Positions 1 to 33,100 of a stretch of DNA of 64,000 nt are shown piece after piece. A program made the translations under genes and the position numbers. This stretch comes from Bugula neritina. Taxonomy: Eukaryota; Animalia; Bryozoa. Where the stretch lies: positions 2,553,680-2,617,679 of the forward strand of contig OZ037767.1 of NCBI GenBank assembly GCA_964035545.1. Direction: 5' to 3'. The notes under the pieces are model-generated. The model saw only the letters and a list, made by a program, of their open reading frames with translations. It was not told the origin of the DNA and did no database searches. How positions within the stretch are numbered: the first letter of the stretch is position 1; each line of letters opens with the position of its first letter.

Positions 1-13
1 ACTAATGAGTCAC

Positions 14-3000
14 CATGTGAGTCGCTTGCAATGAGCTCTCTTGTTAGCTTGCTCAGTATAAGTCATCTTATCAGGAGCTTCTCCATAGATATCCATGTCC
101 ATATCCTGCATGTAGTAGCTGCTAGCTCCCCCTGGTGTTTCACTGGTATTGTTGACGGGACTCTCTGAGTAGAAGTAATCATCGGGTGTGAAACCCGCTT
201 CTAGAAGGGCGGTGCGACAGGCACTTCTTACCACCTCCTTTACAAGATCTCTGAACTCCTTGAGTCTACCGGCCACCTGGACGTATGGGGATAATGTGTA
301 AATGTGTATACGTTTGGAGATAGTGTGTATGTATGGGGATAGTGTGTAAGTGTGTGTATATATAGGGATAATGTATAAGTATGTGTACGTATAGGGATAG
401 TGTGTAAGTATGTATATATGGAGATAGTGTGTAAATGTATGTATATATGGGGATATTGTGTAAGTAACTAAGTATGTAGCGCAGAGTATTGTGGTAACAT
501 TTATAGTACTTTGTTTACACCACACAGCAAAGTATCAGCCAAAAACGCTAATTCTATGCAGATTATGAGTTCCATATAAACATTTGTACCTTCACCTAAA
601 TGTGATCAATTTACATTTGCACCGCAGAAATCAACATTTTAGAATTTCTCTCAAAGAAACCATATAATAAGCTGTACCACAAAAATAAATACTTTAGAAG
701 TTTTTCTCAAAAAATGATAAATTGAATTTACAATAACAAAAATTTTGTGCTTTTAAGTTTTTGAGTTAGCGATAAACTCGCTGAAACGGCAATGTTAAGG
801 TGACTCACATCTCTGAGCTGTGTGATCTGAGCATCCTTGAAGTCCCTCAGAGTGTACGTAGTTCCCTTCTCCACCTTGCAGAGCCCCATGTCGCTGATCC
901 TGAAGCACATCTCCCTGACGTTGAGTAGAGCGGGACGTAGCGAGGGGTTTACTATAAATAGATTTTCTACGAGGGCCTTCTTACAGTCTCGGATTTTCTT
1001 CTTTCGGCAATTCTGACGCCAGACACTGAATGCCTTCCATTTACGGAACTTGGCGAATATCCCAATCTAAAATGGCAAATGTTTATTAGTTGTCAATAGC
1101 TTCTCAAAGTAATAAACTGCGCTCTGCATGCAAATTATTAAGTGGTATCTGCATTAAAAAGTGTAAATGTTCAATGACTTCCCTTCTAGTAAAAGCTAAG
1201 TTAACCAGTACTAGTATCAGGCAAACAGCCATTATTGGATTAATACTGGAAAAAATATAAAAGTTTTGTTGCTTTCATGAAACTGAGTAACTGATAGTAA
1301 TACCAATCATTTGTCAATATAAAATAGTTTACAAGATCAATTAATAAAATAGAATAATTGCTAATAAAGATAAATATTTACTATTTAACTTGCAATGCGA
1401 TCATAGTCAATAGGTATAGTAAAAACATTCCCTCACCTGTATTAACTTTTTAAAGTTCTTGTACTCGTGTTCCCATCGACTGAGAGGTACAAACTCTGTC
1501 TCATCGTCGTTCCTCATCCGAGCCACCCCCTTTGTACTGATGGTGCAGTAGTCGTTCTTATTGATGTGATCATGACTCACCACCTGTATACATCACCCAA
1601 TAGAGTTAGTACATACCATTCTGTAAACTCACTACTTCATTTACTTAGTTAACTCAAACTACTAAATACTGATTTAATATCACTGTTATTTCACTAGTTA
1701 CTATTTAATGAAACATTATTTTAATTTTTAAAAGACAATCAGAAAAACTATTATTAATATTTATTATTTTCATCCTATGATATAATTATGCATAGAAAAA
1801 TATATAAAAAAATTATGGATAATGAGAATCCCAATCGATTTGATCAAAAATTGGAAGCATGACAATAAATCTTCAGATTGCAAATAACATTGCAGACGCT
1901 CATATAGACTTAGTACTAAACAGTTTAATACCTTAAGGTTGTAGTAGTGGTAGTCCACACTGGTTTTAGGAACAGCATTGCTGAGGTACAGGAAGCCAAT
2001 CTGATCATTTTCTCTTATGATTTTCACAATCTGTATAGGATCTCGCATCCCCTCCAAAGCTTTGGTACCTGACAATACCAACAGGATATGATGTAATGAA
2101 TGAAGGACAAGCTCACAGTCCTAAGAACTATAGGAAGAGTAAAGTGAAAAAGTTGAAGGCATTCTAAATACAAGAATAGCTTGTGTCAGAATAAAGTAGA
2201 CTGCACTTTGTGTTTTAGTGGAGCTTAGATTGACTTTGTGTTGGCAAAGACAACACCCAGTATTCAGAAATTGATTCAATATGATATTTTTGGGTAGAAA
2301 CGTGACACAATAAACTATTTCTAACAAATTATGTGCCTAGAAGTGAAAACCTGTTTTAAACAAAACTATCACAAGCATTGTCTTTTTGGTAAACTTTGTT
2401 TTTAAAATTCATTACTAAATACAAATAAATTTTATTTTATTTAACTTTTTGATGCATTCAATTTGGATCACAAATTAAAATTCTTCTCACAAAATAACAA
2501 AGCAGCGGCCATCTTGGTCAACAAACATGAGAAGAAAACAATGCAGCATTCAATGAAGTATATAATTTATAGAAAGAGCAAAACAGGGTAACACAAGAGA
2601 AGTAACTCCGAAAGAAAAGTCTTTCTGAACAGGTTGGAAGCCAAATACTTTTATACAACTAGCAGAGCTTCAAATAACAAGAAGAATGTTTGCATAGCGC
2701 AGGGATTGTAAATGTGAATACATTTTTGTACAGCAGGGATTCAATATACACATCTTACCGTGAAAAACGTCTAAAACAAAAGAAACAGATAGTCTGCAAC
2801 TGTTTGTAGTCTGAGTAATGGGTGAAAAACATAATAAACACAAATTCCATTAAAATACTTGACAAAAACTGAAAGCATAATATTATGTTAATGCAAGGTG
2901 ATACTTGCAAAGCATTTCTTTAAATTTGTTAAAGTAATTTTACTAAAATTACTTTAAAAAAGTTTACTACTACTTATTGCTACAATAACACATATGCTAA

Positions 3001-4900
3001 CTAAACACTCTTTGCTAAAACAATAAAGTATCAAATCTACATGACATTCATTGCCTCTACTTTTAAACTAATAATTTGTAATAAAAAGTGCAAACAATTT
3101 AGTTGCTAACGAAATAAGTTTTAAAATGTGCGAAAATAGCTCTGTTACTTACCATAAATTGATACTGAACATAACAAACACACGGGTTTCAAAATTTAGC
3201 TAAAATTCTCCAAGCAAATGACAAATTATTAAATAAAAAATACTAGAATCGCAGTTAGAAAGGTTAATGTTGAATAAAGTTTATTATAACTGAGACTTTT
3301 ACCATAGACATTAGAGTCCTCAGTAGGAACTGTGGGTCCGCTGGTGTGTGCTCTGGTAGGTGGAGGCTTGCCGTCTGCTGGGAAAGATGCAGACGTGGGT
3401 CTCATAGTTTCCTGTTTGTGTTTCAGAAGCTCAGGAAGTTCTGGAAGAGGCGAGGGTGCCTCATCTGCAACATCAATGAATTAATAGATCCTTGTTTATT
3501 ACCTTTTCCACAGAGAACATTTCAAACCAAAGTTTTGTAAGGGGCAAAGGCACTCAAGAGTACAAGACTATCCTAAATTTAAATACAATGTGCTGTAGAA
3601 ATCATTGACTGCTGCCATTGATCTCTGTACTTTGTGACATAACTTCAAGTTTTTTATACCAATTAGCACTATATTGTGTCAATAGATAACTTTACATATG
3701 CTAAATCTACCTAATACAGAGATTTGCACCCCGTAAATATTGATTTGCCTACATAGGAGAGTAAAAGTTCCAAATGCATCATGCATGTATAAATTATATT
3801 CTAATGATGGTTTTTATACCCTTCCTCTCCATACTATTATTGTAAACTTTATGTCTCCACAACTCTGTGACAGGCAGAATATGACCATCTCAAGCTATCT
3901 GACACAAACTGTGAGCTGTCAGAACAACCTGTTAAGCAACAGCTTTTTACTCTAAAGAATCTACAAACCTATAGGCTCCACGCTGGCACCTCTCCTCGGC
4001 TTCTTACTACTGGGTGGTCTAACCATCGGATCCTGAGATGAAGGAATAGGGTGGGGCAGTGAAACAGCCAACCCTTTAGCTTCCAGGTTTTCTCTGTTCT
4101 TTTTGTGAATATATTCTGGTCTGTTCTCATATTGGAACTTTTGTAGCACAGGCTAAACAGAATTACATGCACTCCAATCAACAACTGTTCAAAAAATAAC
4201 TTAAAAAGTTAAGCTAGTTTATATACAAAATATCACGGTTATTATATTGTTAAGAAGCAAACGGGTCCTTCATCTTGCGAGTCAATTCCATATATATAAT
4301 AGTTTCATTGTGTATATGTTATATATTTCTGAATATGAGATTTGTAATCAAAAATTAGACTGTGTACCAAGTATTGAGTCGTATTTACAATAAAAGACTC
4401 ACACAGTTTGACAGTAAATTAAAAACTTACCAAAGGCTCCAACTTTGGAGCAACAGGAGCATTAGCTTTTCTAATCTGTGCATTTGTTGGCCTTTTAAAC
4501 TTCAGCGCACTAGTATTCACTGGTGCTTGCTGAGGTGCTCGATATACGAGCCTCTCTTTCAATTTATCTGGGTCTATCGGAGGAATTCCCCCAACTTTAC
4601 CAGTGCCTCCATTCTAGAGTGTCACAGAGCAACATGTTATTAGCATCGTATACTGAAGTGAGCAATCATTTATATTACAACAAAAAATAACAAAATAATC
4701 CAAATCATAGTGATACAAATGAGAAAACTTTTAAAATTTCACTTGAATTTGTTTTAGAAACAAGATCATTACTATAAACCCACTCTGATTTATAAGGTGA
4801 AATTACTAAATAGGAAGCATAGTCCTCATACCTGTGCCCCCGAACTTAGAGGTCCTTTGGGAGAGGCCATTGGTACCGGCGTCCCATTTATATTGGGCAT
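14..4900 (-). CDS. DNAH6: Axonemal dynein heavy chain 6-like, N-terminal 8 coding exons (gene continues beyond the left edge). Exons: 4832-4900, 4431-4613, 3969-4152, 3303-3464, 1932-2068, 1437-1583, 809-1066, 14-276
   Basis: All junctions are GT-AG and phase-compatible. The spliced peptides DPIQIVKIIRENDQIGFLYL..YNLKV, FRKWKAFSVW, LFIVNPSLRPALL, VVRSACRTALLEAGFTPDD and KMTYTEQANKRAHCKRLT match my recollection of the vertebrate DNAH6 N-terminal tail. Confidence 0.88.
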
Positions 4901-6219
4901 ATTATCAATCTAATTTAACTCTTATATTTCTATAAAATGTACAATAACACTATAATAAATAATCTAAAAACACTAACTCAGTATTCATCATAAATAACTT
5001 GAGTATGATTAGACATTTTTCTTGGAAAGAAAAAGGCCTGAACAATAAAAGGCCTGAAAATACAAACAACATTTTCAACATATAATTAAACAGCTCAAAC
5101 TTTTATATTGGGTTGGAGTACAAATAAAAATTTGATAAATTGACAATTAGTTTAGTTTAAGTTTCAATAAGTATGATTATGATTTAGTTTTTAATAGCTT
5201 CAAACCCAATCAAAAAATATGTGTCACTCAATCAAAAGAATTCCAATTATTTTTCAAAACCAAAGAACTATATTATGTAGCTATTTTTATAGTTGCTTTA
5301 GTAATTTTGACTTCAACTTGCGAGAATAATATTTATCCTAATAAGTTAGACTATGAATGTGAAAACTGAATGTAAAAATCAATAACATTGACAGTCAACT
5401 TGACTATTATGATACAACATAGGTGAATAAAAAATTGATAAACTAAATTACAAGAGATAATTTTTATTTAAATTTGATTTTTGATAATACTTCGGGCTAG
5501 TTTGTTAATTCCAGGCTACTATTACTGTTAGTGCTAGACATTGACTAACTTGCCATCATCATAATTATGTGTATAACTATTACTATTAGTATTACTAGAT
5601 TAATGTAACTAGTACTACTACTCTATTAGTATTACTGTTAGCATTATTACAAACAACAACGTTGCTAACAGCAGTTGACAGTTTAATTTAGTTTTACAGT
5701 TACCCTTAGTGCTAGTGTTACTGCACAACATGTATAACGATTACCGGGACGAGTATGAAAAATTCAAACTGCATCTAATTTTATTAGTGGGTATTACATT
5801 TACTTATACAGTTATACTACTACTAGTATTAGTAAATTATAAATATTTGTATAACATAAATATATGTTATAAATATAATCATTAATTTTTTAATCATTAA
5901 TTTTAATTAAATTTTACAAAAAAAAAACATAATGATAATTATATATACATTTATGATAATACCAATAGTATCAATTTTTCTAGATTAACTTGAGGATTCA
6001 CATTTGGCTTTGTTTTTAGAAATTAACTAAAACTTTAAATTTTAAACTTAATTTAAAGTTAAACTCTTTATAAATTTATTTATTACACGAATAACTAGCT
6101 TAGCTTTTTTCATTTTGACCTATCCTTATTTTTCTTTACCAAGCAACAAAACTTTGCACCATAACAGTGACATTGAGTGTTCTATCATCTACGAGGTGAG
6201 TTAACTCTTATATAATCTC

Positions 6220-6486
6220 TTTACCTCATTAAAGTTGTGAGCGCAAGCAGAGTAGTAAATAACGTTAATCGTAGAACACGAGATGCTGAATTAAGTTTGC
6301 AGCCATCTTAGCTCAAGCATCACTAGGCAACTTGCACGTGGTTTTACGAAGTTTGGCGAGTGTTGGCAAGCTATTGGTGACTCTAATATTATCCGACATA
6401 TGACTATAAAGATTTATCGAGATTGTGCTGTTAAAAAAAGTAGCTACTAATGTTCGCGGCTGAAATTAATTTTTTTATTCTTCAAA
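6220..6486. promoter_or_regulatory. Compact bidirectional promoter region DNAH6/TAF13 with an RFX X-box-like motif (6319-6331), an E-box (6335-6340) and a YY1-like motif (about 6299-6309)
   Basis: Divergent genes. A minus-strand donor-like site (GAG|GTAAAG near 6224) suggests a DNAH6 5'UTR exon. Motifs seen: GTTGCCTAGTGAT (minus), CACGTG, AAGATGGCTGC (minus). The segment is richer in CpG than its surroundings. Confidence 0.45.
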
Positions 6487-8056
6487 ATGGCTAGTTCTAT
6501 GAATGATTGGATTCCAGATGTAAGTTCTAATTAAAAATTGACACCTCTCACTTATTGGCATGCATTTTCATCGTTTTTGTAATTTAAATTATAGTCACTT
6601 GATGCTTTTTTAAGTCAAAATTAAGTAACTTATCTTCTCAATAGTCATAGAAGTCGTTGGTTCATTATGGTTCAAAGTATTAACTACATTTTCATTTTGA
6701 TTTAATAATTCTGTTCACCAAACGAGGCACGTCGCTTACACTAATTTAGTGGTCTAACGTGATTGCATATTCACGTAAGTCGAGTAAGTAAAGTAAATCA
6801 CTGACACATCCCTGTCCCAAATCTCTCAGTCTCTTAGTCTAGACTGAGGCTCCGTCTGAGAGTGAGACTCTTTTGCATCAGGTCTCTTACACCTACTTTT
6901 TTGACATTAGCTTCCAGTCCTATATTTTTATTACTTGCATGCTTTTAATACAAGGCAGTAGCGTTTCAATCACATTGTCATTTCAGTTTTCACAGACAAC
7001 TGAAAGTTAATTAATAATTCAATTATATTATTTGCAAAACTAAACTAACCTCTCACTCTGTTTTACAATCCCTTGTCTTGTTAAATTGTAGTATGCAGAT
7101 TTGCTTGTGATGGGTGTCGTACTCATATTTTGTTACATTGATGAATGATATCTTTAGGTTTGGAGTTCTCAACCTATATCACTTTTCATTCTGTAGGTTG
7201 ATGAGGACGAAGAAGAGGAAGATTCCCCTATTGGCAAGCAGCGAAAAATCTTTGCTAAAGAATGTAAGTGTTGCCAGATTTAAATAAATACTTACTGACT
7301 TTTATTTGATGTAGAATATTTGACTATTTAACTGGCCATTGTGACTGCATATATAATTTATGTATCATATCGCATCATATCATGTGTTTATTCACAGTGA
7401 GGTGTATGCTTTACGGATTTGGAGATGATGAACAACCTTATGCAGAAACTGTGGACCTGTTGGAACATCTTGTGATTGAGTACCTCACCGACACCGTATG
7501 TCACTACTAAAATACTTTGTAATGGAATTATATGATATGATTTCGTACTTTAACGTGTTCAATCTGCATAATCTTTGTTGACTTTTTGTATTAAACTCTA
7601 AAAATTATTCCCTGCAAAATGCTAATGCATGTTTTCACGATCCAGTTTTAAATTATTAACTTTTGCTAAAAAAACTGGTGTTGTTGAAAGTGTCTGTTTA
7701 GTTCCAATTTTAAAAGGTTGCCTCTACTGAACAGAACATTGTTCAAGTTTTGATAATTTTTTACGTCTCTGTCTAATTTATCTTATACTCTGAGAATAGA
7801 GACAATAATGTGTGTGAACTGCCACTGCATATCAAATGTTATGAAGCTGTTAACAAGGATTTTCAATTGATCCTGTTTTCAGACGAAAAAGGCTATGGAG
7901 GTCGGGAGAGTTGGGCGAGTGTCCGTTGAGGATATCATATTTATAGTAAGGAAAGACGCTAAAAAGTACTCCAGGGTCAAAGAGTTGCTGGTGATGAATG
8001 AAGAGCTGAGGAAGGCTCGTAAAGCTTTCGATGAGATTAAATATGTTGTAAAATAA
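6487..8056 (+). CDS. TAF13: TFIID subunit 13. Exons 6487-6519, 7197-7263, 7398-7495, 7883-8056
   Basis: The spliced protein ...KQRKIFAKELRCMLYGFGDDEQPYAETVDLLEHLVIEYLTDTTKKAMEVGRVGRVSVEDIIFIVRKDAKKYSRVKELLVMNEELRKARKAFDE is a clear TAF13 histone-fold match. Phases are consistent. The ORF track misses it. Confidence 0.96.
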
Positions 8057-8470
8057 AATTTATCGGAATATTTTATAAAATGCTGTAAATAATACATTAT
8101 TATATAGTTTTCATTTGTGCATTGTACTTTCTGTTTAATTTATGGAACTACCAGTCATTAAATGGACTGAAAGCCTTTGACATTAAATTTATATTCATTT
8201 TTAGATGTAAAATTATCAGTAAAGAATGTTATTGTATAAAATATAAGTTATAGATATATGAGCTATATTGTTATATTTCAAAAGTTGTGTGAATTATAAT
8301 ACACATAGTATCTGCAAAGTAATTATTGGCTATAATTAGTACACCATAGACATACCAAATATACCTAGAACTGTCAGTTAGACCTAACATTATGGATAAC
8401 ATTTCTTTTGATGCATTATGAATAAGGTACTAACAATCTTCCTTGCTGTTGGAGGATTAGCAAATGCATT

Positions 8471-27191
<18,721 letters not shown>

Positions 27192-28828
27192 GCCGTATCT
27201 TCTAATAAATTATTTTATTTACAAAAAAGAACTTATAGCGCCCACGAGATAGAAGCTAAACTTTCCATTCCATAGCTACAAAATATGCTGTATAACTACA
27301 TCAATAAATTTCAAATCTATGCAGTAAATAAAATATAGAAAAGTGTGTTTATATGACTTGCATTACAAGTTTCCTGTGTATGGGATTATGAGCGTTGATC
27401 TTAACAAACTTTTGGTTTAAACAAATTTACACAATGCTCGGTGCTCCGTTTCATCTATATTGATTATATCTAAATTAAAAGTTAAGTGTAATGTTACAAT
27501 ACCTGTATCAATGCACAATATCAACAAAAAAGAACAGGTATTTATAAAAATCTGCAAAACTCAATATATTGCACGTATTCATAGCAAGCCTGCCTTTTAC
27601 ATAACTTTGAACAATTGCACCATTCTAAATACCATATGCACAAAATTGCTACAAGGACAAAATACATAGTATTTACAAATGCTTTGTAAAAACATCATTG
27701 ATTTAGTGAAGGCTAAATAATGATTTTTGGATAAATTGCCGAAAATTTTTTTTTTGAAACAAATACTGTCGGTTGTGTTGAGAGCTATATATAGTATTCT
27801 TCTCTGTCTAGACTGATAGCTTATTTTTGAGCTTCATTTGTTTACTACAACTAAAGTATTAAGCATTGTGTTTTTCAGGCTGTAAGTGAGTTCACAGGTC
27901 ACCTTTGTCACAGGGGGCATTGTTTGTTGAACCCTTAGATGTCAATTGAAATTTTATTCAAAATGCTAATCAAGATGGAAATAGTTTAATTTTTTTCAAT
28001 GTTTGTTAGTAACACTAATAATATTATTTATGGTGTTTTCATCATTGATAGCACTAACCATAATGACCCAAATTTAATCTTATACCAGTTCTTGATCATG
28101 GTCATGTGACTGTCATAATAATAATTTCATTTTAGTAATTATAATCCTGATAAAAATAATTTTTAGCAATATTGATATTGGTTTCAAAGCCCGGCATTTT
28201 GATTTCCAAAGTCAATTGAAATTCAACTTCTATGTCTATAAGATTGACTCTGGAACTACTATTGTTTAAAAAAGTTACTTGAAACTAAACATCTACCATT
28301 TTAACAATTACTTGAAATTTTATGGTGGGAAATAACACACATGCATAAGCACATTGTGCATTGTGCAGCATTTAATTATATACTTGTAAATATTGGTTTA
28401 GAGATTTATTATAGACATAGTATTAGGGACATGCATGCTATTTATGCAAAACTAACGTCATGCCCCAGATATGCCTAGCTAACAACAATCTGTCTACATC
28501 CTTGAAGTGAATATACTCGTAATATTATTATGTATTAGTATACTTCAATTAAGAACAGAGTTATCTCCCTTTGAGAATTGTAGGAACTTGAGCCGATCTA
28601 AAACTTAGGATTGAATTGTTCTCTAAACAGCTCCGGGTTGGGAGTGGATTGGTCCAGCAGTTTGAGATTCTCGAGTTTGGAGTTGGGTCCCCCAACTCTA
28701 AACTTGGGAATTTTAAGCTACTACACTCATTCACCCCCAACTTGAAGCTGCTTATAGAACAAATTTTCATAATTGGCTTAGCGCCAATCACACGTCATTT
28801 GCGGAGATTTGTTTTTGAATGGTTTTTC

Positions 28829-28868
28829 GGGACTTCCCCGTAGTTAAACTTTACGATTGGGAATTTCC
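28829..28868 (+). promoter_or_regulatory. Pair of NF-kB (kB) sites upstream of the cGLR gene
   Basis: GGGACTTCCC at 28829-28838 and GGGAATTTCC at 28859-28868 both fit GGGRNNYYCC and start 30 bp apart. A CCAAT box (about 28784) and CACGTCA (about 28791) lie just upstream. Confidence 0.6.
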
Positions 28869-30173
28869 ATCTAATTTTTCCTAACTTTATTAGACCCCTG
28901 CCCTTTGTTAGTAATGCTGCGCCTGCACTATCTACAGCAGTTGTGCAACAGTCGCAAGAGTGATAAGGTCGCTATTGAGTGCTGGCTGTATAAAACAACT
29001 TTTTAGTTTAGGGATATTAGTAGCTATTACTATCATTATTATATCATACAACTTCAAGTTCATGTCTATAACCTTTACTTTAAGTTTAAGTATAGCTGCA
29101 GTTACAAATACAATATTAGTTTGAGTTATACTTATTCACCATTCAGAAAAGACTATTGCAAAGAAGCTGACCAGTGAGTATCAACTACTACTAGTTACTG
29201 TTAGTGTTAGCCTGTTGAGTTGGTCTGCACGAGAACGTTAACATTGTTTAGACTACTGCCCAAGTACTTATAGCTTATTTTCTTAGTGAGGCATACCCCC
29301 TTTTCCCTCCAGGTAGGTCCAGTGTGGAGATAGCACCGACAGGTAACTAGTCATTTTGAATTTTCCATGCACATCAAAATTTATTTTTTACTGAAACAAA
29401 CATGTCATAGTGACAATGGCTTGATTTAATTAAAATAAAAACGTATTCATATTGACAGTAGTCTGCTAGAGCACACATTATGATTATCAAATAGTAGCTT
29501 CAGATGTGGCAGTAGCTATTGTTGATGTATTCTCAGCTGTGTAAGATACTCAATTCATTCAGATTGTTTTTTGCTTATTTATAATGATAAATTACAAACC
29601 AATACTACCAATACTATAAATGTTTAATTGTTTCATTTTGAGTAGGTATAGTATTGCAACACCATTTCTGTGGTTGTCAGGCTAAAAGCATACGTTTATT
29701 AGCCTTTGGTTCAAGAATAATGTTAAGTTTGGCTTGGATTTGAATTTTTAAAAATAAAATGTCATAGCTATAAATATGGGGCTAATACTGGTGGCATTAA
29801 AAGGACTTGTAGAGTATGTTTACCTTTCATATCTTTAGCCCCTAGCAGTAGCCAAATTTTGCAACTATGTTTACAATAAATATTTCCTGTTAATCTTGAT
29901 ATTATTGTAATTTATAATGTAATATTATAATTAGTGTTCTTTGCTCACTTTAACTCATTTATGTGCAATAGAGATATCTTCCATAGAAGTATTATGCAAT
30001 GATAACTAAACCCTTAGTGATCCTTTATTGTAAAATATAGCTTTTACAATGCATCAAATGTTATGCTGATTAAAATTATTGAGTCTTGGACTATTTAATA
30101 AATTGAAGCTTTAGTTTTTTTAGAAACCTTGCATAATTGTTTCAATATATTATTATTTTAGTCTTGAGGCAAA

Positions 30174-33100
30174 ATGTTTAGCACAAGGAGAAGGTATAAT
30201 GGATCGACTAAACAGAAAAAGGAACCTAAGCCAATAATAACGCACTTCAACATAGACCCTGAAGGCGGTGATAAATTTAGAAAACTCAGAGATGACGAAC
30301 TGGGGCGTCTACATGATAAGCTCAATGAACTAAATGATAAAGTCACCAAGATTTGCGCATACGAAAATGAATTCAAGTTAGGTAAAAAAACCAAACTCAT
30401 TTTTGCACACATTTGACATTTTTTTGTTGAAAGTTCTATTTTCTATAAAGTGAAAAATATTTTATTTTGAGTTGAAACTTTTCTTGAATACATTATATAA
30501 GTTTAGAGTTAATTATTGAACTTATGCCAAAGTATTTGCATGTCACTTTTCACTGAGACGAGTTTGAGTTACTAAATTCACAGTTTTTTGTATAAAAGTG
30601 TTAACTTTGACTCTAAAATGCCTTCATCAACTTTTCAATTGTTATTTAACTCTATTTTATTTCAAGTTTCAGTAAAAACTGTTGGTCTGTTACTTTGCAG
30701 AGCTAGTAAATGAGCTAGTTAATCAATTGAAGAAGACAACTCTCAAAGGTTACCTTTTTAAGACATTTAACACTGGCAGTGCTTACGAAAGAGTTCAAGC
30801 CGGTGAACCTAAAGACTTTGATGTTCTGTTTTTTCTAAACGTTAAGAAGTGGACCTGGGTGGTAAGACGATTTAGATCCAGGCTGAAGAAATTTCTTTTT
30901 TTCAAATATTTCGTTTTTGTGAATGTTTTATTTTTACTATATATAAACACACACGCGCGAGAGAGCTTCATTTTTGTCTCAAGTTTAGAGTGAAAAACCA
31001 TATGATACTAGTTATGGTAACATTATTTCATGTAAATCGAGACATTAATAGCTTTTAAGGGAAGAATTTATAGCAATTACCTCATTTCCTGTAGGTGCAA
31101 GATGATCCGGAAAAACCCAGTTACTGCTGGATTACCAGAGGAAACCCCAGACCAGGTGATAATCCCAACAGTTTTGACCATTTATTGGACAATCAGGGCC
31201 GTCTTTCTTCTTTAAAGGTGACGGTAATAGAGAATTTGATTATATGATAATTAACATATGTATACATGCCACTAAATGTTTTAATGTTTATTATAGCATA
31301 TTGGTACTATACAAGCTTTCAGAGAAAATAAAGCTATAGAAAGCTTTCAGTTGCATTTCAGTGTTAATAGACCCTTTTCAAAGGTCCCCAATGTCCCTCT
31401 CACAATTAAGAGTTGTGACCTCCCAAAATAAAAATTATTGAACAAAATGAACTTGAACTCATTTTTGTGGTTTTGGTTGCTGAAGTGTCACTTCAACATT
31501 GCTCAGTAACCAAAACCGCAAAAATGCTTTCAAGTTCATTTTCTTTAAAATTCTGCATGAAGAAATATTTTTAAAAGTTTTTTGAACTACTAATATGTGT
31601 GCTTATACCAAAATATATATTTCCTAAAAAGCAATTCTATAGCATAATTAGGATTTTAAGTAGCAGCCAAACTTTAAATTTTTAATGAGTTTGCTCTTTA
31701 TACAAAGGTGCAACCTCGTCACTTTGGGAGGACACAACTCTTAATTGTAAAGGGGATATCGGGACCTATTCTTCAGTTGTGTGTTGTCTTAATACTTTTT
31801 ATTTTCAAATAACCTTTGACCTATTAAATGTTTTCAACCAACAGCAAACTAAGCTTTGTGTCATGGTACTAAAACCACTAGTTACCAGAATCACTTATAG
31901 CGTGAATGAAATTTCTAGAAAATTCATACCAATACTAGATGCGATGAAACTGAAGCTAAAATTGCCATGCAGACTAAATTTAGTGACACAGCTTCAATTT
32001 GAACTCTTTATAATATCAAGTTCTAATCATTAAAGGTATACTCATGTCATGGTATTCTATAATTGTAGGTGAGGAAGTTATTTGCTAGCAGAATTGACAG
32101 ATTTATTCGTAAATACTGCCCGCTAGAATTTGAGTATAAATCACGGATGCCCCCTGGTACTGTAAAGATGAATGAAGAGGAAGCTGGGGCCGTAGGTGGA
32201 GCAGTAGGATGGGACATGGACGGAGCAGACAGTCACGTGATGACACGAAAGGAGAAATACAAAGTAGTTGTGACAAGGAAGTATCAAGGCCCAGCAACGA
32301 CACTCTTAGTGGAGTGCAACAACATGGAGTTTACCATTGACCTGGTTAACAGCTTACACGGGATGCATATCAGGTATGTATGTCGGTGAAAATGCTTTCT
32401 GAGTAATATATAATATAACATATATGTGGTTATATAAAGTATATAGTAATATATAATATAATGTAATATTATAAAAATAGAAATATTTAGTATAGAATAT
32501 TATAGTAGTATATGATATGGTATAATATAGCAATATTTAAAAAGTGAAATATAATATCATTATATAATGCATCATTTAGTAATATTTAAAAAGAACATAA
32601 TATTATATTAATGCGGTTCAGTAAGATATATACTGCGTTATAGGTCAGGGGAGAAATGTGATTTTGTGGCCAAACCATATGATAAACAGCTGGCATTCAA
32701 TACTAAATACGGGCATCTGTGGAGAAAGGCGTACTCCAGGTCAGAGAGTGGATTCCTCAAGACCATTAGTGAGGACAATGGGTAAGAACTACCAATGAAA
32801 GTAATCATCATTTTGAATATGATGAATGAGCGAGAATTTGTAAGGAGTGAATTTCACTTTCTCCTGCTTGACTTATAATTGCTTACAAAACCTGCAACTT
32901 TGCACTAGCTCGTGAAATTAACAAATCTTAATACTGCAATGAGCCTTCTATCAATCTAAACTCTAAAGTATTTTGTAGGCATTTCACAATGACTACATGC
33001 TGCATAAATTAAAAAAACTGTAGCTTTTGATTCTAATTCTAATCACATAATTTTATACAAGTGTTATAAGAAAATGTAAATTGCAAATAATATGTAGTTA

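Noticed and set aside
7130-7196. Box C/D snoRNA in TAF13 intron 1 (TGATGA present)
   Set aside because: No properly placed CTGA D box or terminal stem, and it overlaps the acceptor.
28561-28843. Short ORFs on both strands between the EGF and cGLR genes
   Set aside because: No recognisable domain or splice partners. The region looks like promoter DNA.
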